Below, in pieces: positions 8,204 through 15,892 of a stretch of 32,000 nucleotides of DNA; position 1 is the first letter of the stretch, and every line of letters starts with the position of its first letter. The DNA is taken from the NCBI RefSeq assembly GCF_000092465.1, contig NC_014205.1:870001-902000 (forward strand), given 5' to 3'. The stretch comes from Staphylothermus hellenicus DSM 12710. GTDB lineage: Archaea; Thermoproteota; Thermoprotei_A; Sulfolobales; Desulfurococcaceae. The notes under the pieces are model-generated. The model saw nothing but the letters and a program-made list of their open reading frames with translations. It was not told the origin of the DNA and did not search any database. The position numbers were made by a program, and so were the translations under genes.

Positions 8204-8601
8204 ATGTAAATATTTTTGTGTACTGGCTTGCAAAGCATCCCGAGTATGGTGAGAAAGCTAGGGAGTGGATTAGAAGAATTGAGCATAGTAGACGCGGAGA
8301 ATATATCACTTCAGCACTAACACTATACGAGCTAGCAGTAATATTATCAGGTCTTACAGGGAAAAACCTACGAGAAGAGAGGCTGGTTAAAACAATAATA
8401 GACGCAGTAACAAAACTACCAAGCCTAGAAGTAGTAGCCTTAAAATGGGAAGACCATGTTAGAGCACTAGAGCTAATGCAGAAACACAGCCTAGACTATG
8501 AAGACTCACTACACCTAGCAACAGCTCTAAGAAGCAAAGCAACAAAAATAATATCAAATAATAAAGACTTCGATAAAACACCCATAAAAAGAATATTCTA
8601 A
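8182..8601 (+). CDS. vapC: PIN-domain ribonuclease toxin (VapC)
   Basis: The ATG at 8182 is in frame within track ORF 8137-8601. Acidic PIN positions are present: YVDVN, YELAV, DYEDSLHLATA and NNKDFD. Confidence 0.85.
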   Translation: MVEKKYVDVNIFVYWLAKHPEYGEKAREWIRRIEHSRRGEYITSALTLYELAVILSGLTGKNLREERLVKTIIDAVTKLPSLEVVALKWEDHVRALELMQKHSLDYEDSLHLATALRSKATKIISNNKDFDKTPIKRIF

Positions 8602-9012
8602 GAAACACCCTACACACTACTCAAGAAGACCTTCTACAATAATCAACTATCATACCTATATAATACCTATAGTATTGTTCTAGACAATATATCTCCAAAG
8701 CATTCAGTAGACCTAGCTTAAAGTCTACCCTGAAACAACCAGGCCCCCTATGAGGAAGAATTAACACGCACCTAGAAGTCACCACTACACATAGGTAGCA
8801 CAGGTAATAATAAAGTTCTCCCCCAGCTCTTGAAACAACTATAGCCAGCTATAAAGTAGTGCAACCATATCCCGCAGAGGATACCCTAAGATAGGAAGCA
8901 TCAATTCTCCTTTCCTTTATCTATATAGTTACATATTGAGCATGTGATCGACGGGTTTATATAGAATAAATGTATACAATATTTTGTAGACATGGGTATG
9001 TAGGTGATATAG

Positions 9013-9237
9013 TTGTCTACGGTGGTTTTATCTGTGCGTGTAAAACGTGAGCTTAAGGAGGAAGCTGAGAGGTTGGGTATTGATTTCAGAGCTGTTGTTG
9101 AGAGAGCATTGGAGGAAGAAATACGTAAGATTAAGCGTTTAAGATTTAAAAAACTAGTTGATGAAGCACTAGATTCTATGAATGTATCAGTTGAAGTATG
9201 GATGAGAACAGTTAAAGAATCTAGAGCTGAGAGATAA
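9013..9237 (+). CDS. vapB: Ribbon-helix-helix-type VapB-like antitoxin
   Basis: 74 aa (VVLSVRVKRELKEEAERLGIDFRAVVERALEEEI ... ESRAER). It belongs to the same small family as 12607-12852 and 21226-21456. Its TAA stop abuts the ATG of the PIN gene. Confidence 0.75.
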   Translation: MSTVVLSVRVKRELKEEAERLGIDFRAVVERALEEEIRKIKRLRFKKLVDEALDSMNVSVEVWMRTVKESRAER

Positions 9238-9663
9238 ATGTCATCCGCAACCAAGAAATATCTTCTAGATGCTTCAGCTATCTACCCACTTGTCTTACAG
9301 CTACGCGAAGACTTTCTAAACTATTCTAAACATTTTACTATCTTAGATCTGACAGTTTACGAGGTTGGAAACGTTATCTGGAAAATGTATAGAAGGGGGA
9401 TGATTAAGAATCTTGGGGTTGTTGCTAAGCTTTTCCAGGAAGTATTAAATAGCATGGCTATGCAAAGAACTATGCATAACATAGAGGAGATACTAAATAT
9501 ATCAATCAAAGAAAACCTCACATTCTACAATGCCTCCTACCTATATATAGCTCGCACCCTAAAATATAAACTAGTAACAGAAGATCATGACCTACAGAAA
9601 TACCCAGAATCAATAAGCATTAATCAACTACTAAGAGAACTAGGGATCAAGCCAAAACGCTGA
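9238..9663 (+). CDS. vapC: PIN-domain toxin (VapC), with Asn at the third conserved acidic position
   Basis: 141 aa with YLLDASAIY, TVYEVGN and VTEDHDL. The usual YDA motif reads FYNASY, with codon AAT. Confidence 0.85.
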   Translation: MSSATKKYLLDASAIYPLVLQLREDFLNYSKHFTILDLTVYEVGNVIWKMYRRGMIKNLGVVAKLFQEVLNSMAMQRTMHNIEEILNISIKENLTFYNASYLYIARTLKYKLVTEDHDLQKYPESISINQLLRELGIKPKR

Positions 9664-10009
9664 AGGAAGGTCTAAATGTAAAATATGAAACGCTGCATTT
9701 ATCAAAACCATATCTTTTATTAGTATTTTTAGCTATTGCTGGCGCATCATCCTATAATATAAATATGGTTATTCATAATAGTTACACCTTTTCAACTAAG
9801 TATATGAGGATAAATGTGTTACAGAGTAGTAAAGCTGGAATTGCTGGATAATACATGGTATAGTTACAGTTAATGCATACATAGTTGGAGTTATGTAGTT
9901 GTTCATTAACTATGAAGGTTGGAGTAGAGAACGTGGACCACGAAATCTAGGGATACATGGTAAAACATAATTATTATTGATAAATAAGTATTACTGGTTT
10001 ACTAGATAT

Positions 10010-10432
10010 ATGTGGTGTAAGGTTTTGTCTCATAGAGATGAAGTAGATCTTTTGAGGAGTAGGAGCCTTAAAATGCTCCACTATGCTAGGGAAGCTGTTG
10101 AAAGAGGCGACTATGATCTAGCTGTATTCTTTGCTGAGCAAGCAGCTCAGCTCTACTCTAAATCAGTTATTTTAGAGCTTACTGGTGAGGTTCCTAGAAC
10201 CAATAGTATTAGGCAGCTCCTATACATGATCGGGGATTTGGTTAGTGATAGGCAGAGGATGAGGATTATAGAGTTTGTGAGGCAGTATAGGAGTTTGCTG
10301 GCCGGCCTTGAAGATGCATATATAGCTTCGAGATACCTGTATAGGAGGTATGGTAGGGATGAAGCTTTAGATCTTGTTAGAATAGCTGAAATGGTGATCA
10401 AGGTTGTCAAGGATCTTAAGGTCACGGGTTGA
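10010..10432 (+). CDS. HEPN domain protein (HEPN/MNT pair 1)
   Basis: It carries AREAVERGDYDLAVFFAEQAAQLYSKSVILELTG and LEDAYIASRYLYRRY, as in classical HEPN. I prefer the ATG at 10010 over the track TTG at 9977. Confidence 0.8.
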   Translation: MWCKVLSHRDEVDLLRSRSLKMLHYAREAVERGDYDLAVFFAEQAAQLYSKSVILELTGEVPRTNSIRQLLYMIGDLVSDRQRMRIIEFVRQYRSLLAGLEDAYIASRYLYRRYGRDEALDLVRIAEMVIKVVKDLKVTG

Positions 10433-10433
10433 G

Positions 10434-10772
10434 ATGGCCAGGCTTATACGTGAATGGAGGATGTGGTCTCGTAGGGTAGCTGAGGCTGCTGAGAAGGTCT
10501 TGGGTGAGTGTAAAGTATATGTTTTCGGCAGTGTTGCTGAGGGCAGGGCTACTGGTGGCAGTGATGTAGATATACTCATTGTATCCAAGAATACACCATC
10601 TAGAGCTAGAGATAGATGGGAGCTTATAGCACGGATCGAGGAAGAAGCTGGACTACCCCTATTCCACCCATACCAAATACATCTTGTAAACAATGAGGAG
10701 GCTAAATGGTACTACAAGCACATCCGTAAAAAAATACAAATAAATACATCCCACCAACCACAAAAAGCTTAA
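10434..10772 (+). CDS. Minimal nucleotidyltransferase (MNT, HEPN partner)
   Basis: The ATG lies 1 nt after the HEPN stop. The GS-x(n)-DxD signature VYVFGSVAEGRATGGSDVDILIV is present. Confidence 0.85.
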   Translation: MARLIREWRMWSRRVAEAAEKVLGECKVYVFGSVAEGRATGGSDVDILIVSKNTPSRARDRWELIARIEEEAGLPLFHPYQIHLVNNEEAKWYYKHIRKKIQINTSHQPQKA

Positions 10773-10786
10773 GGATCAACTATACT

Positions 10787-10991
10787 TCATCCCATATACT
10801 GCTCAGATAAGGTGTCAGTAGCAAAAACATTTCTAATCCATATCTAATACCATCTATCCACAACACTAACTATAGGGTAAACCCCTAATTCAATATTCTT
10901 CCTAATCCTTCCACCAACAATTGCTCTTAGGAGATCAGTCTTTACACTTATTCTTACTAGGGGGTAGAAGATATATTGTATCTATGATCAT
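10787..10991 (-). pseudogene. Possible vapC (PIN) debris downstream of the 48-aa RHH ORF
   Basis: An ATGA stop/start overlap with the RHH ORF is followed by MIIDTIYLLPPSKNKCKD*. After frameshifts come DLLRAIVGGRIRKNIELGVYPIVSVVDRWY* and IWIRNVFATDTLSEQYMG*. The MIIDT start and the ATDT piece are PIN-like. The total length is about half of a PIN domain. Confidence 0.3.
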
Positions 10992-11134
10992 CTCTCAGCA
11001 AGCCTCTTACTAAGCCTTCTCCGAAAATTGTTCAGCTCCCCGACACTGGCTTCTGCAAGCTTCTCCGAGTACAATAGTCTTACAAGCTTCTCATACACAT
11101 CGTCATCCAACACCACAGTTGTACGCTTAGGCAT
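10988..11134 (-). CDS. Small ribbon-helix-helix (CopG/VapB-like) protein, 48 aa, below the ORF-track cutoff
   Basis: My own translation is MPKRTTVVLDDDVYEKLVRLLYSEKLAEASVGELNNFRRRLSKRLAER*. The N-terminal beta-strand plus helix pattern (TTVVLDDDVYEKL) is typical of RHH antitoxins. Confidence 0.5.
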   Translation of the reverse strand: MPKRTTVVLDDDVYEKLVRLLYSEKLAEASVGELNNFRRRLSKRLAER

Positions 11135-11413
11135 ATAATCACCTAAACATAAAAATGCTTACAGCACTATAAAATATTCTTAGACAAAATCCTTCTTCTC
11201 CAAAAGCTCTCAGCAGAAGAAAACATCTCTCAATTCTCCAAATAATATAACTTGTGTTAGATGATGAAATATTAGATACTATACCCTTTCGTGTCCATCT
11301 ACCCCATATTGGGTATAGGACTTGGGGTTCAGCCTACATAGGTCACTTTTAAGGGCTCGCCCTGTTTCGGGGATAATTCTTGAGGCCCTGCAATAGAAGT
11401 CTTCTTGGCGCAT

Positions 11414-12331
11414 TCATATTTTTATTCTGCTGCCTACGTGTAGTTCTATGTAGTGATCATGGTAGTTTTGGTCTAGAATGGATCTGATGGTGTCTCCGCT
11501 GCAGTGGATGGGGGCTATGTATTTTATATTAAGGCTTATTAGTTCTTCAACAACTTTTTGGCACATATCCTGCGGTGCCCAAGCCATGTGGAAGCCCCCG
11601 ATAACAATATATGCCTTAACACCTAGATCACTAATGGCCTTCTTAACTATGTTAACAACTCCGGGATGGCTGCATCCCACAAATACTGCTAAACCCTTAC
11701 CTCTAACATATACGGCTAATGCTTGTTCCCATGGAGGCCCATATAGCTCGCCAATGATTGCTACGCCTCTGCTAATAATTGTTGTCTTATTAACCTCGAT
11801 AACATTTACACCTAGCTCCTTAATATTGTTCTTAACCATATTGTTCATACCGCTTGGTATGTATACTTTAATACCTGGATTAAGGCTTGCAATATAGGGG
11901 AGACCGCCAACATGGTCTCCGTGTTCATGAGATATTACAACAACATCGATTGATCTTGGATCAATTCCTAAAGCCTCCATATTCCTTCTAAGAACATCTG
12001 GATCAGGGCCTGTATCGAATAAAATCCTTAAACCAGGTACATCAACAAGTATGCTTAAACCCCATGCAGTAGCGAGATTAGTATCTGGATTATTATCCAC
12101 AACTATGGTTACATTACACTCCTCCACAGGCTCTAGAAACGTTGGCGGAGTAGCGTTTGTGGTAGAGATTGTGGTTGGTGAAGATGATTTATTAGTGAAC
12201 GAGGTTGGTGAAGCCTGTCCCCGCTGGCCCCCCAAACCCGGAGGTCCTAAGATCAATACCACTAATAAAGCTATTATAATGAGAACCACAACAATCAATA
12301 CTACAACCTTCACGGAGGCCCCACTAAGCAA
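11414..12331 (-). CDS. MBL-fold metallo-hydrolase (MJ0301-like) with an N-terminal membrane anchor and a Ser/Thr/Pro linker
   Basis: It has the HxHxDH motif VISHEHGDHVGG. The N-terminus is hydrophobic (VKVVVLIVVVLIIIALLVVLIL) and is followed by SPTSFTNKSSSPTTISTTNATPPT. The start is TTG. Confidence 0.8.
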   Translation of the reverse strand: MLSGASVKVVVLIVVVLIIIALLVVLILGPPGLGGQRGQASPTSFTNKSSSPTTISTTNATPPTFLEPVEECNVTIVVDNNPDTNLATAWGLSILVDVPGLRILFDTGPDPDVLRRNMEALGIDPRSIDVVVISHEHGDHVGGLPYIASLNPGIKVYIPSGMNNMVKNNIKELGVNVIEVNKTTIISRGVAIIGELYGPPWEQALAVYVRGKGLAVFVGCSHPGVVNIVKKAISDLGVKAYIVIGGFHMAWAPQDMCQKVVEELISLNIKYIAPIHCSGDTIRSILDQNYHDHYIELHVGSRIKI

Positions 12332-12569
12332 TCAACCACACCCACCCAAGTACAGAAACAGATAATAACCCAAGCATCATAGGAAGTATTTAAACAAATA
12401 TATTAATAAGCCTTCATTTTGCCCCCACCCACACCATCTATCACTAGTGTATCATTTCGTATCTGCAACAAGAACCTCTAATTCCTCCGTGAACATCGAG
12501 AAAAAACTGCAGTGTTATGGGTGGCTGTCAAGGTTACAAGCTCGGCTGTATATGGTTTGATAAACACCA

Positions 12570-12577
12570 TTATAAAA
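12570..12577 (+). promoter_or_regulatory. TATA-box-like element (TTATAAAA) upstream of vapB-3
   Basis: About 30 nt upstream of the TTG start at 12607. Confidence 0.35.
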
Positions 12578-12593
12578 TACAATAATATTAGTT

Positions 12594-12607
12594 AACAATT
12601 AATTGTT
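12594..12607 (+). promoter_or_regulatory. Perfect 14-bp palindrome AACAATTAATTGTT, a candidate antitoxin operator
   Basis: It lies between the TATA-like box and the start codon of the RHH antitoxin gene. RHH antitoxins usually autoregulate through palindromic operators. Confidence 0.35.
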
Positions 12608-12852
12608 TGTATACTAGTGTTATCAGTATTAGGATTCCTAGGCGGGTTAAAGAGGAGCTTAAGAGACTTGGAATAAATTATTCCAATGAGGTGCGTGAAT
12701 ACCTTATCAAGCGCGTTAGAGAGGAGCGTGGTAAAAGGCTCATAGAGGAGATTGACAAGCTTATGAAGAGTATAGGTCTTGTAGAAGATAATCTATCAGC
12801 ACGCTTTACTAGAGAGGATAGGGATAGAGATTGGAGCGTAGCTCTCAGGTAA
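12607..12852 (+). CDS. vapB: RHH-type VapB-like antitoxin with no intact toxin partner
   Basis: 81 aa (VISIRIPRRVKEELKRLGINYSNEVREYLIKRVREE ... FTREDRDRD). It is a paralog of 9013-9237 and 21226-21456. Confidence 0.7.
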   Translation: MYTSVISIRIPRRVKEELKRLGINYSNEVREYLIKRVREERGKRLIEEIDKLMKSIGLVEDNLSARFTREDRDRDWSVALR

Positions 12853-13049
12853 GAAGAGTTGTCCAGTATATTGTTTAGCCTAGGGATTGCAGAGATGATT
12901 ATTGCTACACAATAGATAATGACTACAAGATCAATGGTGATCATCGATGTGTAGGAGAGGAACAATAATCAACACGGCTGGGGAATCCTACCTCTGCGAT
13001 CCCCTGGTTGGGTTTAAGTAAGAAAGCGGGACAAAAATCTGGAAGCCTC

Positions 13050-13077
13050 AAAAAACCAAGAGATTAATTCTCTTTGG
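13050..13077 (-). terminator. Hairpin plus T6 terminator-like element downstream of the 743-aa gene
   Basis: The minus strand reads CCAAAGAGA-attaa-TCTCTTGG (one bulged base) and is followed directly by TTTTTT. It begins ~25 nt after the stop at 13103. Confidence 0.45.
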
Positions 13078-13102
13078 AGCAGTGGATAAACATTTAATCT
13101 TT

Positions 13103-15334
13103 TCATGGGTTGTTCAAAACCTTATCTAGTTCTTCTTTTCCAAATTTTTTCCACTTTAAGTCAGAGACTAGGTATACACCAATGTATGGCTTGTAGGGTT
13201 TGCCCTCATAATCTTGCAGAAATGCTTCCTTACTATACCAAAAACCTACTAGCTTACCATCATCGCTAACTACAAACGGCTCATCATGTACCCCATAAGC
13301 TTGTGGATAAGGCGCCTCTAGAACTAGGGTAGGCCTGTTAAGCATAGCTCCGATTATTTTTGAGTAATAGGGGCATCCTTGCCCACTTATATAAAAGTGT
13401 GGGTTAACAGGAGGATCCACCAAACCTAATGCTATCGGATACCCTTTAACCAAGATCAACTCAGGACTTTTGTTCAAATACTCTTGAGCTACTTGCTTCC
13501 AAACAACATAGGTGTTCGTCCAAACATTCCCTGGAATGTCTGTCCAACTAAACAAGGCTTCCTCGTATCTGGTCCAACCGGTAAGGGGTGATCTTTCTTC
13601 GCTCTGATCCTTCTCTTGAATATCCTTCATCATCAAGTTATAGATATACCCAAACGGTGAAGCTCCAAGAGTTTGATTGTATTTCATGTTTTTAACCCCT
13701 CTCTCCAAGGCAAGGTTAAACTGCCTATCATGGAAAAACCTGTGAGAATCATAACCTAGCAAATCATGATCCATCAATTCATCCAATGGATACAGGCTCC
13801 TTGCAGCGGCTTGAACAACTATTGGATCTGCCCAGCTAGCAAGTTTTTTAAGCTCGCCTTTAGTTAGCTTATAGCCTAAAGGTTTAAACTCCCCCGATTC
13901 AAGCTTGTTAAACCTCCAGCTTGCATAGGGAACGATCAAACCATTCCAAACATAATCCTTCCCTTTAATCTGGTCAATTTTGTAGAAATATACAACATCA
14001 CCAACTTGCAAAGCCAAGAACTTTGTTTCGTAAGGGTACTTAAAGATTTGTGGATAGTAATAACCAATATCTGCTAAAGCTGAGTAGCAAAGGGGGTTGC
14101 TGTAACTTAAACTAATATTGGTACTGTCAGAGAAATACAAAGCTTTTCCTAAACCCTCCAAGCTTCTAAAACCATGTTGAGTTGCATTATTGACTAGCCA
14201 AACAGAATCCAATCTTTTCAGGCCGTAGATTTTCAGCTCATCTAGATTGCTCAAAACTTTATCAATCAACTGCACTTTATCACTAACTCTTCTATCCTTG
14301 ACAACTTGATCAACTATTAAATAGGCTAGGTTTCTTGGCGGCACAGTTCCATTGTGTTGGGCAAAGTCAAGGATGTGTTTCAAATGGTCTAGGTCTCTTG
14401 TTGAGAACATGTTCTGGATTAGCTGGTATTTGTAGAATGGTTCAGCCAAGCATAGGTTATAGCCTTGGTTTATAGCCCAAGTCAAGTACTGCTGATACTC
14501 CGTTAGAGAAAAGCTACCATTCTCACTTGCAGAGTTGTTGTATAAATCGTAGACTAAAACCTTATAGTCTACTTTCTCAGCTAGATCTGGTAAATGAACT
14601 TTTGCATTATAAAGACCATTACCCTTAGAATCAACATTTACAGGTGAGGCAAGATAATCTTTTCCAAAAGCTTCAACCAAAACCTTGCTTATACCGCTCG
14701 TATCTTTCACGCTAATATTGAAGCTAGTTGTAGGCGGGTTAACATCATAGGCTACAAGCTCTATCTGTGGCTTATCGAAAAAGCTGTAGCTTTTATTAAA
14801 ACTACCAAGGTTGCCTTTCGAATCTTTCGCGAAAACCTCAACCAAATACTTACCTTCATCACTGAGATTAAACACCAGTGGATAATAGTTGTAGACCTTT
14901 GAAAGACTCTCATTGTATGTTTTACCAGAAGGATACTTTACTAAGGCATAAGCTTTGCTTACCCCGGATTCATCATCAATTTTAAAAACCATATGCAATC
15001 TTCCATCCTCTTCAAACTCTTTAAAGAGGGTAATAGTTGGTGGCTGGGTATCTGGTTTTTGTGTTGTTGTTGAAGTGGTATGTGTAGTTGGGTGGCTAGT
15101 AACAGGTGGTTGTGTAGATGTTGTTGCCGGGGGTGATGTAGTAGTCGATGTAGTCGTATGCGTAGCCGTTTGACTTTGCGTAGTTGTATGGCTGGTAATA
15201 GGTGATTGTGTAGATGTTGTTGTCGTTACTGGGGATAGAAGGTGGTAGGCAAAACCACCAACAATCCCTACTATAAGAATTACTAGGATGAAAAGCCCTG
15301 CCTTCCACCTGCTTAAACCCATTGAGTACACCAA
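13103..15334 (-). CDS. Secreted or surface-anchored protein: signal/anchor, Thr-rich stalk, two Ig-like repeats and a ~470-aa uncharacterised domain
   Basis: The N-terminus has a hydrophobic helix (LFILVILIVGIVGGFAY). Residues ~37-100 are T/S/P/Q-rich. Two ~90-aa repeats carry DDESGVSKAY and KDTSGISKVLV. The ATG at 15322 (M5) may be the real start. Confidence 0.75.
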   Translation of the reverse strand: MVYSMGLSRWKAGLFILVILIVGIVGGFAYHLLSPVTTTTSTQSPITSHTTTQSQTATHTTTSTTTSPPATTSTQPPVTSHPTTHTTSTTTQKPDTQPPTITLFKEFEEDGRLHMVFKIDDESGVSKAYALVKYPSGKTYNESLSKVYNYYPLVFNLSDEGKYLVEVFAKDSKGNLGSFNKSYSFFDKPQIELVAYDVNPPTTSFNISVKDTSGISKVLVEAFGKDYLASPVNVDSKGNGLYNAKVHLPDLAEKVDYKVLVYDLYNNSASENGSFSLTEYQQYLTWAINQGYNLCLAEPFYKYQLIQNMFSTRDLDHLKHILDFAQHNGTVPPRNLAYLIVDQVVKDRRVSDKVQLIDKVLSNLDELKIYGLKRLDSVWLVNNATQHGFRSLEGLGKALYFSDSTNISLSYSNPLCYSALADIGYYYPQIFKYPYETKFLALQVGDVVYFYKIDQIKGKDYVWNGLIVPYASWRFNKLESGEFKPLGYKLTKGELKKLASWADPIVVQAAARSLYPLDELMDHDLLGYDSHRFFHDRQFNLALERGVKNMKYNQTLGASPFGYIYNLMMKDIQEKDQSEERSPLTGWTRYEEALFSWTDIPGNVWTNTYVVWKQVAQEYLNKSPELILVKGYPIALGLVDPPVNPHFYISGQGCPYYSKIIGAMLNRPTLVLEAPYPQAYGVHDEPFVVSDDGKLVGFWYSKEAFLQDYEGKPYKPYIGVYLVSDLKWKKFGKEELDKVLNNP
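15035..15226 (-). repeat. Low-complexity Thr-rich coding repeat
   Basis: GGTGGTTGTGTAGATGTTGTTG (15105-15126) and GGTGATTGTGTAGATGTTGTTG (15201-15222) match at 21 of 22 positions and are offset by 96 nt. They encode TSTQPPVTSH and TSTQSPITSH. Confidence 0.7.
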
Positions 15335-15892
15335 GACAGAATGTTCATTACCTATTTATCCCAACAGCATCACCCACTATATATGTGTATTTGTATACTT
15401 GGTTGTGTCTGTAGGAAGTGCTTCCACCTCTCCCTGCAACCCCTATTGGAGCTGGGATGTCAGGAGTCAGCGGAAGTATTTCTTTATGAGAGCTGTTGAG
15501 TGTGTGGAGGAGGTTTGGAGATCCTCGAAGAACTATGTAGTAGAGCGCTTGTCATAGTATTATTCGGCTCTAGAGCGCGGGGAGATAATATACCTCTAAG
15601 TGACTGGGATCTCTTAGCAATAGTGGAAACCGGATATATAGAGTTGAGCCTTGTAGTATAGGCCAGATCATATGGCTTCCACTAGATAAGTTGAGAAACA
15701 TCATTGAATCCTCCACGATAATACTTGATGCACTCCTATATCAATATATTAGTGATCAGGTTTAGCATGTTCTGCTACCTTTGTGAAGCTTTGTTCTTTT
15801 CTAACAAGTATCATTTGCATAGTGGATAATTGATATTCTCCATGAATATTTAGAGAATAATAATAGTATTATAGGATTATATGGGCTAGAAT

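Noticed and set aside
8901-9254. 117-aa minus-strand ORF overlapping vapB-2
   Set aside because: It lies antisense to a recognisable antitoxin gene and its promoter, and its sequence is low-complexity.
10190-10215. Both HEPN proteins read P[RK]TNS[IL] (also near 16075) where I half-remember a His (THxL) in classical HEPN domains
   Set aside because: I cannot verify the family consensus from memory, so I make no claim of an inactive site. A profile alignment would settle it.
10153-10693. 90-aa and 108-aa minus-strand ORFs opposite HEPN/MNT pair 1
   Set aside because: They are antisense shadows of two genes with clear family motifs.
11478-12365. 139-aa and 104-aa plus-strand ORFs opposite the MBL hydrolase gene
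   Set aside because: They are antisense shadows. The minus-strand product has a clear HxHxDH motif.
15335-15892. A 558-nt spacer with track ORF 15288-15557 and several short ORFs (for example MRAVECVEEVWRSSKNYVVERLS and DWDLLAIVETGYIELSLVV)
   Set aside because: It may be debris of another small gene, but I could not tie any fragment to a family, so no feature is claimed.
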